Assembly (NCBI GenBank): GCA_050633245.1
Contig: JBOEGD010000004.1
Coordinates: 223,220 to 281,205 of the forward strand
Direction: 5' to 3'
Length of the DNA: 57,986 nt
Source of the DNA: Calditrichia bacterium
GTDB lineage: Bacteria; Calditrichota; Calditrichia; RBG-13-44-9; J075
Shown: positions 1 to 10,798 of the stretch, piece after piece
Numbering within the stretch: the stretch's first letter is position 1
Layout: every line of letters starts with the position of its first letter
Notes under the pieces: generated by a model
What the model saw: only the letters and a program-made list of their open reading frames with translations
Told to the model about the DNA's origin: nothing
Databases searched by the model: none
Made by a program: the position numbers and the translations under genes

Positions 1-35
1 TTGACTATTGACTATTGACTATTGTCCATTGACCA
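1..35. repeat. Heptamer tandem repeat (TTGACTA)x3 + TTGTCCA + TTGACCA
   Basis: Read directly: ttgacta ttgacta ttgacta ttgtcca ttgacca. May extend beyond the left edge of the window. Confidence 0.9.
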
Positions 36-54
36 TTAAGAGACAGGTGATCTT

Positions 55-1365
55 ATGATATATAAATTGTTGCTTCACACTTTAATAACATGTTTTCTCT
101 TCGCTGGTTTTGCTCAGGGACAAACGATTCCCTGGGAGGTGTTGGCCCAGCCGACTCATTTAACGCTTAAGAAAATGGACTTCGTCAATACTCAAACCGG
201 CTGGGCTGTTGGAGACAGTGGTTTAATCATGCGAACAGATGATGCTGGTGCCAACTGGGTTATCCAGCCTATTGCTGTTGGTGATAATGTGATTGACGTC
301 GAGTTTGTTGATGCGAATGTTGGTTGGGCGCTGGCACCACATCGCTATATGTCTGAATTGGATCCTGCTGGAAGCTGGCTCCTCTCTACAACCGATGGTG
401 GCGCTAACTGGGATTCTACCTGGTTTCGCAATGAAGTCTTCTGGGGATTGACGTTCACGGATGCAAATACCGGCTGGATGGGCGGAGAACTTGGTGGATT
501 GCTGGGCACTACCGATGGTGGTGTAACCTGGGTGGAAGCTGTGTACGAGCCGGGAGCGACAACAGGATTTACTCTCGAAGATGTTTCATTTGTCTCACCA
601 CAAGTAGGCTTTGGAATCGGGGGGCGCTTCGACCTGACGTCTACCATTTGGACAACTGCCAACGGCGGCCAAACCTGGCGGGCAACAAATTACGGTTTGG
701 AGCCGATGTATGACATTCTCTACCTCGATTCGCAGCGGTTTATAACCGTAGGTGGCGATTTCGATTTTGGCGCAGCGGTTCTGTCCACAGAGAACGGTGG
801 GGGGGATTGGACATATTTTTATACCGGTTTTTGGGGACAGGGAAGAGCTGTCGCTGCACGCACTGAGCTTGAAATCTATGTACCTCTCGGATTTGCCGGA
901 ACAACAATGATAAGTAAAGATAAAGGGGGGACCTGGAATGTTTTTGAAAACCCCGGTATGGTTGATTTGTATGACATTGTTTTTTTTGATTCGACCAATG
1001 GACTAATGATCGGCGGAGAGGGCAAAGTATTGCGATATAATCCCATACTCACCGGTATAAACGAACCCAATTTAACCGCAGGACCAGTATCATTCGAATT
1101 ACTTTCGAACTACCCAAACCCATTCAATCCATCTACAACAATCCGGTTTAATCAAGAGCGGCGCTCGAAAGTTATGCTTGAGGTCTATTCTTCACAGGGC
1201 AAGAAAGTTGCATTGTTGGTAAATGACTTTCGTGATGCTGGTAATCATACGGTCGTATGGAATGGCACAAATCAACGTGGTGACAATGTGAGCAGCGGTG
1301 TGTATTTGTATCGGTTAACAATTGGTGCTGAGTCTCAGTCACAAAAGATGTTATTGGTAAGATAG
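55..1365 (+). CDS. Secreted YCF48/BNR-type beta-propeller protein with C-terminal Por/FlgD-Ig sorting domain
   Basis: Signal peptide (FLFAGFAQG); repeated FVxxxxGWxxG and TxDGGxxW motifs; C-terminal NYPNPFNPSTTI...SGVYLYRL...KMLLVR. Confidence 0.85.
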   Translation: MIYKLLLHTLITCFLFAGFAQGQTIPWEVLAQPTHLTLKKMDFVNTQTGWAVGDSGLIMRTDDAGANWVIQPIAVGDNVIDVEFVDANVGWALAPHRYMSELDPAGSWLLSTTDGGANWDSTWFRNEVFWGLTFTDANTGWMGGELGGLLGTTDGGVTWVEAVYEPGATTGFTLEDVSFVSPQVGFGIGGRFDLTSTIWTTANGGQTWRATNYGLEPMYDILYLDSQRFITVGGDFDFGAAVLSTENGGGDWTYFYTGFWGQGRAVAARTELEIYVPLGFAGTTMISKDKGGTWNVFENPGMVDLYDIVFFDSTNGLMIGGEGKVLRYNPILTGINEPNLTAGPVSFELLSNYPNPFNPSTTIRFNQERRSKVMLEVYSSQGKKVALLVNDFRDAGNHTVVWNGTNQRGDNVSSGVYLYRLTIGAESQSQKMLLVR

Positions 1366-1391
1366 GCTTCCAGAAGGCTTTACTTATCGGG

Positions 1392-1418
1392 CGCCCCTTC
1401 GGACTTATGGGGCGTTTT
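1392..1418 (+). terminator. Probable intrinsic terminator of 55..1365
   Basis: Stem cgcccc(1392-1397)/ggggcg(1409-1414) followed by tttt, just downstream of the stop codon. Confidence 0.55.
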
Positions 1419-1442
1419 GCTTGTTCGGTGACTTTGCAGAAC

Positions 1443-1463
1443 TTTCACATTTCACATTTCACA
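1443..1463. repeat. Heptamer tandem repeat (TTTCACA)x3
   Basis: tttcaca tttcaca tttcaca, abutting the stop codon of 1465..3084. Confidence 0.9.
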
Positions 1464-1464
1464 T

Positions 1465-3084
1465 TTACCTCAAAAGCATCATCTTGCGGACAGACACGAC
1501 TACTCCATCAACTTCAAGCTTGTAAAAGTAGACCCCGCTTGCCATAGGACTTTCTGAAGAATCGATTCCATTCCACTTTATATTTTGTTCTCCAACGTTC
1601 ACAAAATCATTCAAAAGTAGTGCGATTTGTCTACCCTGAAGGTCGTAGACAGCAAGTTTTGCATAACCTCGTTTTTTGACAGCAATAGGAATTGTGGTCG
1701 ATGGATTAAAGGGATTCGGAAAATTCTGAGACAGTTGAAAATCATTCGAAAGGGGAGAGGGCTCATCACTGATACCCACTTCGCTGAATGGAATGCGGCT
1801 ACTCCATAACTGATAGCGTCCAGTTGAATTGTCCATCCATACCGGGATCAAATGATCCGCAGTTGAAGATAATCCAATATTGTCTCCCTGATAGCCCTGT
1901 CCCAATTGACCAATTGGTGACGGTTTGAAATTGTGGTCACTAACCTGCCAGTCCGTCCAGGAAACTCCGCCATCATTTGAACGAGACATGAATACACCGG
2001 TTGAGTCTGTTGCCGTGTTGCGATCATCATAATAAAGCACGTTTACAACGCCGTCATCGCTTACATGAACGGTTGGGAAGTATTGTGTTTTGCCATTATT
2101 TAACGCATCCTGATTCACACGAATGCCGCTGGAGAAAGTTGCTCCGCCATCGATTGAGCGATACATAATAATATCCGGGTCGTTACCGGCTGGTGATAGC
2201 GTTGTTTGCGTAGTAACAATATAGATATTGCCGCTATGAACCCCGTTTGTTTTGTCGACATCAATGCGTGGCAGGCCGTTAACGCGAATATTTCCTTTAT
2301 CTGAAAAGATTCCTGCAATTCCGTTCATGTCGGCGGCATTTTCGGTAACAATCCAGCTTGTACCACCGTCGGTCGAACGCGCGAAGCCAAGAATGTCCTC
2401 TGTAAATGGTGAGGTGTTTATGACGCCAGCCCAAGTGACATAGACTTCGCCATTGGGGCCGGTAGACAGCTCTCCACCCTGGCTTCTTTGGCTGGGATTG
2501 TTTACCTGAGCGGGGCTGGTCCAGTTGGCTCCACCATCATCAGTTGAAGCGTGAAAAACGGCGAAAGGCGGCGCGAAACGCACCCATGCTGCGTAGGAAC
2601 GGCCATAGTGTGAGCTCGAGATGATTCCATCGGACGTTAGTGTTGCACGATCCTGATCATTTGTCGCGATGGTGTTTTGTCCCGACCAGGTTTGTCCATT
2701 GTCGGTAGAGAAATGTGAAAAAAGGCCCGGAAACGATCCGAGACGAATTATCAAAAAGGTGCCGTCTTTATCAATTGCAATTCCCGGATCGCCTTTGTGA
2801 AAGGTTATCGGATTGCCCTGGCAGGTGTCACTTCCAGCCCAGGTAACTCCGCCATCAGTGGTGCTATAAACCCCTTCACTAATAAAACCTGTAGATAAAT
2901 CTACGGTATTGCAGCTAATAAAAAGGATGTTGGGATTACCCGGATGGCGTGCAATAAATGTTTCAGATTGGGTGATCGGACTTGGAAAGACTCGAAAGTT
3001 TGGTGCAAGTGCTTTTTCCTCAGCCGATGTGAGGGTAACTAAGCAGGCTGTAACTAGTACTACACCAATGGAAATACGCAACAT
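1465..3084 (-). CDS. Secreted BNR/Asp-box (sialidase-like) beta-propeller with C-terminal sorting domain
   Basis: Signal peptide; multiple S/T-x-D-x-G-x-T/N/S-W/F Asp-boxes (STDNGQTW, STDDGGANW, STDGGTSW, SNDGGVSW); NFPNPFNPSTT tail. Confidence 0.85.
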   Translation of the reverse strand: MLRISIGVVLVTACLVTLTSAEEKALAPNFRVFPSPITQSETFIARHPGNPNILFISCNTVDLSTGFISEGVYSTTDGGVTWAGSDTCQGNPITFHKGDPGIAIDKDGTFLIIRLGSFPGLFSHFSTDNGQTWSGQNTIATNDQDRATLTSDGIISSSHYGRSYAAWVRFAPPFAVFHASTDDGGANWTSPAQVNNPSQRSQGGELSTGPNGEVYVTWAGVINTSPFTEDILGFARSTDGGTSWIVTENAADMNGIAGIFSDKGNIRVNGLPRIDVDKTNGVHSGNIYIVTTQTTLSPAGNDPDIIMYRSIDGGATFSSGIRVNQDALNNGKTQYFPTVHVSDDGVVNVLYYDDRNTATDSTGVFMSRSNDGGVSWTDWQVSDHNFKPSPIGQLGQGYQGDNIGLSSTADHLIPVWMDNSTGRYQLWSSRIPFSEVGISDEPSPLSNDFQLSQNFPNPFNPSTTIPIAVKKRGYAKLAVYDLQGRQIALLLNDFVNVGEQNIKWNGIDSSESPMASGVYFYKLEVDGVVVSVRKMMLLR

Positions 3085-3106
3085 AAAAACTCCGGTTAAA
3101 ATATAT

Positions 3107-5257
3107 TTAGAATCGATAGCCGAGCTTCATACTGATGAAGAAATGGCGTGGCTCTCCAGCTTCAAAAAACGTGGCATTCGATGAGTTTAAATTGATAAAC
3201 GCGATGTGCTCGACATCTGCAATATTATTGACACCACCATTGATTAACAGGTTATAGCTTCCAAGCAAAAGGTCGGCGCCAGCCGTAAGGTTTACAATCT
3301 GATAGCTATCCGTTTGATCTGAGTTTTGATCATCTACAAAAAGCCCGCTGACGAATTGATGCCCTATTCGAGTAAAGCCGGTAATGTTTTGTGAGAGCCG
3401 CTGAGAGAACGACAGGTTTGTGGACAAATTGTGTTTTGGAACGCTTGGAACGGTATTTCCACTAAAGTCTCTATCAACATTGACCTGATTACCACCATTG
3501 TCGAATTCAATTGAGCGCGCTGTGTATGTATCATAGTTAAAGTTTGACCAGGTGTACGCACCTTCAAAGCGCAGTGGTCCGTATATTCCCGTCGTTAACC
3601 CCAGCTCCAGTCCGGTGCGGTTCGTCTGTGCTGCGTTACGAAAAAATACCTCGCCAAATACCTCGAAAGGAACAATCTCCCCCTGAATCTTACTGCTAAA
3701 TAAAGTGGCTTCTGCGTAGAAATCGTTGAAAAAACGTGTTCCACGGTAGGGAGTACTGCTTTTTATGCCCACTTCAAAATTCACTGACTCTTGTGGCTTA
3801 ATATCAGGATTCAACAGGCCATTTGGATCACTGCTTAGAGGGTAGTTATCCAGCTCGTTTGAGGCCGGGCTTGTAAAGCTCTTTCCGGCGGAAGCGTAGA
3901 TTGCTGTGGTGGAATTCGGTTTGTAATTGAAAGCCAGTTTTGGAGTGAAGCTGTCGAAATCCCGTCTGCGGTTTACTGCTGTAAAAAGCTGATTTTTTTG
4001 ATCATAATAAACATTGTCGTAGCGACCGGTAAACAGCATATCCAGTCTGTCGGGAAGCAGATTGATGGTGTTTAAAAAATAAAGTCCGCCATTCCCGATT
4101 GTATTCACAAAAAGCTGATTAAGATTATCTCCGCGTTCACCGGCAATGTTGTCATAAAACTCGATCGGGCCGGTTTGATACAGCAGATCGCCTCCAACGG
4201 AGAAGTCGTGTTTTCGACCTAACGCATCATATCGCAGAATATATCGTCCACTGGCGCCTAAGCCGTAGCGATTAATAATGCGAAAAACACCGGAAGCCCG
4301 TTCAAAATATTTAATTGTTCCGTATCCGGTAAATTCAATTTGATGACGTTCGTTTTTATCCAAATAGGTGTTTAGGCGCAGGCCAATACGTCCTTTGTTC
4401 GAAACGCGCTTGCTGTCTCTGTCAACATCTCGTTGATTCGCCTGGAGGGGATCTTCCTCTATTTGCTCACGTGTCAATGAGCCAGGCAGGCGAATATCAC
4501 CCTTGACAAAATAGCCGAGTATCTGCAGGCGCGACAGTTCTGACGGATGCGCCTCTAACACAGTATTTAAAATTTTCCAATCATCTTGACTGTGTTTGCG
4601 GAAACCGTTGCTTTTATGATCGCTGTAAGTTGCAAGAAAGGTGTAGTTGTCGTTTCGATAGCCTGCCTTAGCTCCAGAGCGTTGCAGGCCAAATGAGCCT
4701 GAGCTGCTGAATACGTTGAGGAAACTATTCTCGAAATCGATATCATTTATGAAATTAACAACGCCGCCCGGTGCATTTGTATATAATGATGACGCGTTAC
4801 CCTTAACAATCTCAATAGAGCCAATGGACTCAAAATCAATTGCTTCAATGCGCGTTTGACCATCCGGTTCAGATTCCGGTATCCCGTCCAGGAGAATTCT
4901 AACGCCGCGAATTCCGCTGTTTGATCGGCTGCCAAATCCGCGAATAGATATGCGCACATCGTGATTTCCATATCGAGATTGCAAAAACATTCCCGGGACG
5001 GTGCCCAGCACGTCGCTGACAGACACTTTGCGATTGAAACGAAATTGACTATTGTCTATCCGTTGAATGGCATAGGGAATATCGATAATGCGCTTTTCTG
5101 TTCGTGTTCCCGTAACCACAATATCATTTAATATATAGTGTAATGTGTCTTGTGAAGCGCTGGAATCTAAACGAACCGCAGTGGGTTGCTGAGAATACAT
5201 CAGATTTGAGAGAAAACAGGAAAATACGCAAAGATAAAACAAACGATAATATGACAT
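3107..5257 (-). CDS. TonB-dependent outer-membrane receptor
   Basis: Signal peptide; IVVTGTR; plug motifs ISIRGFG, LLDGIP and IEIVKGNASSLY..APGGVVNF; C-terminal GEPRHFFISMKLGYRF. Confidence 0.95.
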   Translation of the reverse strand: MSYYRLFYLCVFSCFLSNLMYSQQPTAVRLDSSASQDTLHYILNDIVVTGTRTEKRIIDIPYAIQRIDNSQFRFNRKVSVSDVLGTVPGMFLQSRYGNHDVRISIRGFGSRSNSGIRGVRILLDGIPESEPDGQTRIEAIDFESIGSIEIVKGNASSLYTNAPGGVVNFINDIDFENSFLNVFSSSGSFGLQRSGAKAGYRNDNYTFLATYSDHKSNGFRKHSQDDWKILNTVLEAHPSELSRLQILGYFVKGDIRLPGSLTREQIEEDPLQANQRDVDRDSKRVSNKGRIGLRLNTYLDKNERHQIEFTGYGTIKYFERASGVFRIINRYGLGASGRYILRYDALGRKHDFSVGGDLLYQTGPIEFYDNIAGERGDNLNQLFVNTIGNGGLYFLNTINLLPDRLDMLFTGRYDNVYYDQKNQLFTAVNRRRDFDSFTPKLAFNYKPNSTTAIYASAGKSFTSPASNELDNYPLSSDPNGLLNPDIKPQESVNFEVGIKSSTPYRGTRFFNDFYAEATLFSSKIQGEIVPFEVFGEVFFRNAAQTNRTGLELGLTTGIYGPLRFEGAYTWSNFNYDTYTARSIEFDNGGNQVNVDRDFSGNTVPSVPKHNLSTNLSFSQRLSQNITGFTRIGHQFVSGLFVDDQNSDQTDSYQIVNLTAGADLLLGSYNLLINGGVNNIADVEHIAFINLNSSNATFFEAGEPRHFFISMKLGYRF

Positions 5258-5412
5258 TAAAGATCCGCAGCTAGGTTCGTAACAATTGATTGGAAAAATA
5301 GCGATATTGATTTCCGGAGACCATAATTGAGATTACAGTTTTTCTGATGAAAACAGGTAGGCTGAATTATAGCAAAGTCGGTGAGAAAAACAAAAACAAA
5401 TGAAAAAGAAAC

Positions 5413-7920
5413 CTATGGTGTCGTCTCTAAAATCCCCGGTCTCTGATTTTGGGAAGAAGTCTTTTCCAGATTTTCCTGCGCTGGAAGAGTGAAGCAAAAA
5501 GTGGTACCTTCACCAAGGGTCGATTCTACCCATATTGATCCGCCGTACAATGTGATAATCTTCTTTACGACGGTTAGCCCGATGCCGGTATTCTCAAAGG
5601 ACTGTTGATCTCCTACAGTCTGAAAAATACGGAAGATTTTTTCGAAATCTGATGATGGAATTCCGGGACCATTGTCGGTGACTGAGAACAGCCAGGTGTC
5701 TGTGCCACGAACCGCGGCTATTTGAACTTTCCCGATAGGTTTGTCCATGTATTTTATCGCATTACTGATCAAGTTTTGAAACACTTGTTCAATCCGGGTT
5801 TTACTCAAAAAAAGTTTCGGCAGGGGTGTCTCTACGGTTATTGAAATATTTTCGGGCGGAGCAAGAAGCTTAATTAGCTCATTTACCGATTCCGTTAAAT
5901 TGACGTCAGCCTTCTCTTCTTTTTGTGAGGTGGCCTTCGAGTAGTTTAAAACGCCTTCAATTAGGGCGTGCATTCGCGTGACCTGATTGCCAAGAAGTTC
6001 AAGCATATTGCGAGCTTCTTCATTCATACTGCTTCCGTAGTCGCTAATTAGCCACTGTGAGAGCGAATTAATAGAGCGAAGTGGAGCCTTTAAATCGTGT
6101 GATACAATATGGGCAAAATCATTAAGCTCTGCATTTACCTGCTTCACCTCACTGATCAGGTTGAGTAACTTTTGCTCGTTCTCAACGTGAGTTGTAATGT
6201 TTAATCCGATACCAATTATTCGCTCAACGCGATTTTCAGCATTCCTCAGAAGTTTAGCAATTACCCGAAAGTGTTTTAGCTTGCCCTGTTTGTCGAAGGC
6301 GCGATTTTCAACCTCTACCGTTTCCGTGTTGCTCTTAATTGCTTCTGCAAAAATTGGCAGGATATTTTCCTGATCATCCGGATGTAAAATGCTGCGATAA
6401 AGCTCATAGCCTACCTTTTGGGTCTTCTCCAGGCCAAGCATTTCAAATAATGGATCTGTCCAGGAGAAGGCATTGTCTTTTAGAGACCAGGTCCATACAC
6501 CCATGTGAGCGATTCGCTGAGCCTCCTCAAGCAGAGCTTTGTGCTCTATCAGTTCATTCTCAATACGTTTACGCTCGGTTATGTCCAGGACGCTGCCAAC
6601 CAGCCCCCCAACCGACCCATCTGGGTTATTAAAAGTGTCACGATACATAATGACGTCGTGAGCGATGCCATCATTAAATGTCAGGCATGATTCGAAAACT
6701 TGTTGCCCCCCAGTGGTGAACAATTCCATGTCCTTATCATGGTGCCTTATGCCTACTTCTGTTTGAGTACTCACATCGAGTGTGGTTTTCCCGTGCCAGT
6801 CTACATTCGCATCTCCAAGACATTCAATGAACTTCTTGTTGTAGCCAATAAAACGCCCTTTTGTATCCTTGACATAAATAGGGTTCGGTATCGTGTCCAG
6901 AACGGTATTTAGAAAGCTCTCAGATTGTTTTAGGTTCGCAAAAAGCTGTTCGCGCTCAAGTTCAATTATCTTTCTCTGCGTAATAATCCTATGAGTGGAA
7001 ATAAACACAGGGCGATTTTTATAGGTGCCTTTGGTGCTTAGTACCTCAACGAAGATGCGTTCACCGTTCTTTTTTTGATGTTCGTATTCTTTGGGAGAAG
7101 AACCGTCGTCGCTCATTGTGTCTTCGAGAGATTGTCTTTTATCTTCGTGGAGATGTAAAGCCAAAGATGTAAGACTAAGAAATTCCCCGCGCGAATATCC
7201 ATAGGTCGTAACCGCGGCATCGTTAACATCTAAGCAGTAGTTGGTTTCTTGATCAATGATCATAACGGGGTCGGAAATATCGTTGAAGAGAGCCTGATAT
7301 TCCTGCTGCGAACTAAGCAGGCTGTTTTCCAGTATCTTTTGCTCAGAGATGTCAATAAGAATGCCTTCCAAATACTTTGGAATACCATTCGCATCTCTCA
7401 CGACAACGATACGATCATTCATCCAGCGATATGAACCATCTTTGGTGCGGATTCGAAACGTTTGTTGATAGTTATGATGATTCTGTCTTATAAAATTAAA
7501 AACTTCTGCCCGCACATCCTGTAAATCATCAGGATGAACCAGCGAGGCAAAGTGCGTTTTGTCTTCGATCAGGTCACTTGCCTTATAACCAAGTTGATGG
7601 ATATTCTCAGAGACGTACGCAACCGGAAGGTCGGGCGTGGCATGGCATCTTAATAGAATAACCGGGCTTTTCTCCAGCATACCATGAGTCTGCTCGCGCT
7701 CAAAAAGACGCTGCTCCATCTGATCTTTTTGTTGGACAAGTTTCTTGTTCCTCTTCTTCAGGCCTTTGAGTTGATTACGAGTATTCAAAAACTTATCGAC
7801 GAGTAGGTATAAGGTAATGAGTAGGCTGAAGCTGATTAAAAACCAGCCAATCGTTTTGCTCCCGGGTGCCTCAAAAATAAGGATACCGGGATAAAAAGTT
7901 GTTATTAAGAATAGACTCAT
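5413..7920 (-). CDS. Membrane-anchored multi-PAS sensor histidine kinase
   Basis: N-terminal TM; four PAS/PAC-like segments (VHPDD, DITERKR); H-box SHDLKAPL; QVFQNLISNAIKY, DNGPGI, TGIGL. Confidence 0.95.
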   Translation of the reverse strand: MSLFLITTFYPGILIFEAPGSKTIGWFLISFSLLITLYLLVDKFLNTRNQLKGLKKRNKKLVQQKDQMEQRLFEREQTHGMLEKSPVILLRCHATPDLPVAYVSENIHQLGYKASDLIEDKTHFASLVHPDDLQDVRAEVFNFIRQNHHNYQQTFRIRTKDGSYRWMNDRIVVVRDANGIPKYLEGILIDISEQKILENSLLSSQQEYQALFNDISDPVMIIDQETNYCLDVNDAAVTTYGYSRGEFLSLTSLALHLHEDKRQSLEDTMSDDGSSPKEYEHQKKNGERIFVEVLSTKGTYKNRPVFISTHRIITQRKIIELEREQLFANLKQSESFLNTVLDTIPNPIYVKDTKGRFIGYNKKFIECLGDANVDWHGKTTLDVSTQTEVGIRHHDKDMELFTTGGQQVFESCLTFNDGIAHDVIMYRDTFNNPDGSVGGLVGSVLDITERKRIENELIEHKALLEEAQRIAHMGVWTWSLKDNAFSWTDPLFEMLGLEKTQKVGYELYRSILHPDDQENILPIFAEAIKSNTETVEVENRAFDKQGKLKHFRVIAKLLRNAENRVERIIGIGLNITTHVENEQKLLNLISEVKQVNAELNDFAHIVSHDLKAPLRSINSLSQWLISDYGSSMNEEARNMLELLGNQVTRMHALIEGVLNYSKATSQKEEKADVNLTESVNELIKLLAPPENISITVETPLPKLFLSKTRIEQVFQNLISNAIKYMDKPIGKVQIAAVRGTDTWLFSVTDNGPGIPSSDFEKIFRIFQTVGDQQSFENTGIGLTVVKKIITLYGGSIWVESTLGEGTTFCFTLPAQENLEKTSSQNQRPGILETTP

Positions 7921-8068
7921 AAATACAATCTTTTAGCCTTGTATAGTAAACCATCCTTCATCAGTAAGATTATCGGAGATGAAAACGTTTTCTTTATGTT
8001 CTCGCAAGGCATAAATTCAATAAAGACAGAAAGACACTCAGAGCTCTGCATAAAGGTAGCGTGATTTT

Positions 8069-10027
8069 ATGAAAGCCGTAATTTTGACAGAAACGTTGAA
8101 AAACTTTGATGAAGCCGTTCGTTTAGAATGGCTAGAGACAAATGGACTTGGTGGATGGGCATCGAGTACTATTACCGGTGCACAGACACGTCGCTATCAT
8201 GGACTTCTGGTAGCCGCTTTAGACCCACCGGTTAGTAGGAAGGTCTTGCTCTCCAAGCTGGATGAAACGCTTATCCTCAATGATAAGCGCATTCAATTAG
8301 GCAGTAATCGTTATCCCGGGGTGGTTCATCCTACAGGATATACATATCTCGAACGATTTGAGAAGGAAGTGTTCCCTGTTTTTTATTACCGAATTGGCGA
8401 TGTTTTTATACGAAAGACAATAGTAGCGCTGCATAATGAAAATACGACGGTTATTCTCTATGAAATACTCGAGTCTTCCGGGAAATTCGAACTTGAGCTT
8501 CAGCCATTTATAGCCTTTCGCGATTATCACTCGTTGGCAAAAGAGAATTCACAGATTAATCCGGGCGTTCTTCTGCAAGACCAAGGAATTTGCATAAAGC
8601 CTTACCAGGATATGCCTGAGTTATATCTTCAATGTGCCCCTGCTGTGTGGCAGTCACAACCTTTGTGGTATCGCAATGTTGAATATGATATGGAGCGCTA
8701 TCGGGGGCTGGATTTTCATGAGGATCTATTTTCGCACGGGTGTTTTAAACTCACTGCTGAAGAAGATGGCAAAATCGCCGTAATTGTTTCAACAGCAAAT
8801 CCGTCAGAACGCAATGGCTTCGCGTTGGTAGAAAAGGAATTGGCACGAAGGGTAAGATTACTTCACAAGTCTCCCTGCCAACACACTGCTTTCAACGCCC
8901 TGGCTCTTGCTGCCGATCAGTTTATAGTAAAGCGTGGTGATAAGCGAACAATCCTTGCGGGTTATCCATGGTTTACTGATTGGGGCCGCGATACTATGAT
9001 CTCTTTACCGGGGCTGACGCTTTCGACAGGCCGATACCATGATGCTGCACAAATTCTGCAAACATATGCCAATTCAGTAAGTGAAGGCATGTTGCCAAAC
9101 CGATTCACGGACACGAATAAACAACCAGAATTCAATACGGTTGATGCATCCCTGTGGTTCTTTGTCGCTGTTTATAAGTATTGGCAAGTAACAAAGGACG
9201 GGACATTGGTTGGAAACGAGCTTTTTCCGGTTTTAAAAGAGATCATGCAGCATCATTTGGCTGGAACGCGCTATAATATACGTTGTGATAGCGATGGACT
9301 GCTGGCGGCAGGTGAGCAAGGTGTTCAACTGACCTGGATGGATGCAAAGGTTGGCGACCAGGTTGTAACTCCAAGAGAGGGCAAGGCCGTTGAAATCAAC
9401 GCTCTCTGGTTCAATGCATTGTCTATTCTCTCTAAATTGAGTGAACAATTTAACGATGTTGAGGTAGAGAAATATCAAAAGCTGGCCAACCGAGCCAAGC
9501 GTAGTTTCAACAAGCTGTTTTGGAATGAAAATGATCAGTGTTTATTTGACTATGTTGACGGTGATCATCGCGATACTAAAATTCGTCCTAATCAGATCTT
9601 TGCCATTAGCCTGCCCTTTGTCGTTCTGCAAAAGAATCGCTGGAAGGCAGTATTGCATACTGTTGAAACACATTTATTTACGCCTGTTGGACTAAGGAGC
9701 TTGTCTCCGGAAGATCCAAAGTTCAGAGATCGTTATGTTGGAGATGCTGTAACCAGAGATGGTATGTATCATCAGGGAATAGTTTGGGGCTGGCTGATGG
9801 GACCCTATCTTTCTGCCTTAATAAAGGTGAATGGCAGGCGTGGTAAGAAGGAGGCAAAGTTAATAATTCAGCGGATGATGGAGGAGTTGAGCCAGGCGTG
9901 TATCGGGAGTTTGTCAGAAATTTTTGATGCGCGGGAGCCGTTTACTGCACGTGGAGCTTTTGCGCAAGCCTGGAGTGTTGCTGAAATACTGCGAGTCCTG
10001 ACTGAAGATTTAGAGGAAATAAAATAA
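8069..10027 (+). CDS. Glycogen debranching enzyme (amylo-alpha-1,6-glucosidase, archaeal-type GDE family)
   Basis: EWLETNGLGG, TRRYHGLL, AGYPWFTDWGRDTMISLPGL, LTWMDAK, PREGKAVEINALW, YHQG, QAWSVAE. Confidence 0.93.
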   Translation: MKAVILTETLKNFDEAVRLEWLETNGLGGWASSTITGAQTRRYHGLLVAALDPPVSRKVLLSKLDETLILNDKRIQLGSNRYPGVVHPTGYTYLERFEKEVFPVFYYRIGDVFIRKTIVALHNENTTVILYEILESSGKFELELQPFIAFRDYHSLAKENSQINPGVLLQDQGICIKPYQDMPELYLQCAPAVWQSQPLWYRNVEYDMERYRGLDFHEDLFSHGCFKLTAEEDGKIAVIVSTANPSERNGFALVEKELARRVRLLHKSPCQHTAFNALALAADQFIVKRGDKRTILAGYPWFTDWGRDTMISLPGLTLSTGRYHDAAQILQTYANSVSEGMLPNRFTDTNKQPEFNTVDASLWFFVAVYKYWQVTKDGTLVGNELFPVLKEIMQHHLAGTRYNIRCDSDGLLAAGEQGVQLTWMDAKVGDQVVTPREGKAVEINALWFNALSILSKLSEQFNDVEVEKYQKLANRAKRSFNKLFWNENDQCLFDYVDGDHRDTKIRPNQIFAISLPFVVLQKNRWKAVLHTVETHLFTPVGLRSLSPEDPKFRDRYVGDAVTRDGMYHQGIVWGWLMGPYLSALIKVNGRRGKKEAKLIIQRMMEELSQACIGSLSEIFDAREPFTARGAFAQAWSVAEILRVLTEDLEEIK

Positions 10028-10758
10028 TGATCCACTTCTTTAGAACGGAGGCTGGCATTCTTGTGCCGGCAATTACGACCCGGCAAATGCGAGAAGTTGA
10101 TAGACTTGCCATTGAAGAAACAGGGCCAAACCTGTATCAAATGATGGAAAATGCCGGTCGTAATCTTGCTATCATGGCGATAGATATGATCGGAGATAAA
10201 TGGCGATCTCAAGAAATTATTGTTCTTGCCGGAGTCGGCGGCAATGGAGGTGGTGGAATTTGCGCTGCGCGACATCTGATTAATCGCGGTGCCAACGTGC
10301 GGGTATGTGTAAGTAATGTGAACAAGTTAACCCCGGTTCCTTTATATCAGAGGCAGATCTATTTAGCCGCGGGAGGGCTTGAGCTTGAATTGGCAGATCT
10401 TCATAAACATGCACCAATTTTAATTGTAGATGCAATGATAGGCTACAGCCTTCAGGGACCACCTCGCGGGAATGTCCTTGAAATGATCCATTGGGCAAAT
10501 TCCTGCTCAGCTAAAACGCTGTCTCTGGATGCGCCGTCCGGAGTAGATTCTACGACTGGCAGCTTACCGGGTGAGAAGATAACGCCCGAGCAAACGATGA
10601 CCTTGGCACTCCCTAAAACCGGTCTCCTTCCAAAACTGACTGGTGACCTTTGGTTAGCAGATATTGGAATTCCAAAGTCTGTTTATGAACGAATTGACGT
10701 CCCCTATATATCGCCGTTTGAAGAAACGTATTTCGTTAAACTCGCCCCACAGGAATAG
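10027..10758 (+). CDS. nnrE: NAD(P)H-hydrate epimerase (stand-alone YjeF N-terminal domain)
   Basis: QMREVD, MMENAG, GxGGNGGGG..AARHL, VDAMIGY, SLDAPSG, LADIGIP. Start overlaps the upstream stop (TAATG). Confidence 0.88.
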   Translation: MIHFFRTEAGILVPAITTRQMREVDRLAIEETGPNLYQMMENAGRNLAIMAIDMIGDKWRSQEIIVLAGVGGNGGGGICAARHLINRGANVRVCVSNVNKLTPVPLYQRQIYLAAGGLELELADLHKHAPILIVDAMIGYSLQGPPRGNVLEMIHWANSCSAKTLSLDAPSGVDSTTGSLPGEKITPEQTMTLALPKTGLLPKLTGDLWLADIGIPKSVYERIDVPYISPFEETYFVKLAPQE

Positions 10759-10770
10759 AATATTAATCTT

Positions 10771-10798
10771 TGTAACCATTTGAGTCTTCATGGATATT
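10771..10798 (+). promoter_or_regulatory. Candidate ECF-sigma autoregulatory promoter (TGTAAC-N16-GATATT)
   Basis: tgtaac at 10771 and gatatt at 10793, then ATG at 10805. An AAC-containing -35 element is typical of ECF promoters (inference). Confidence 0.35.

Noticed and set aside
1-35. CRISPR array
   Set aside because: 7-bp contiguous units with no spacers; no cas genes or repeat-spacer pattern seen anywhere in the window.
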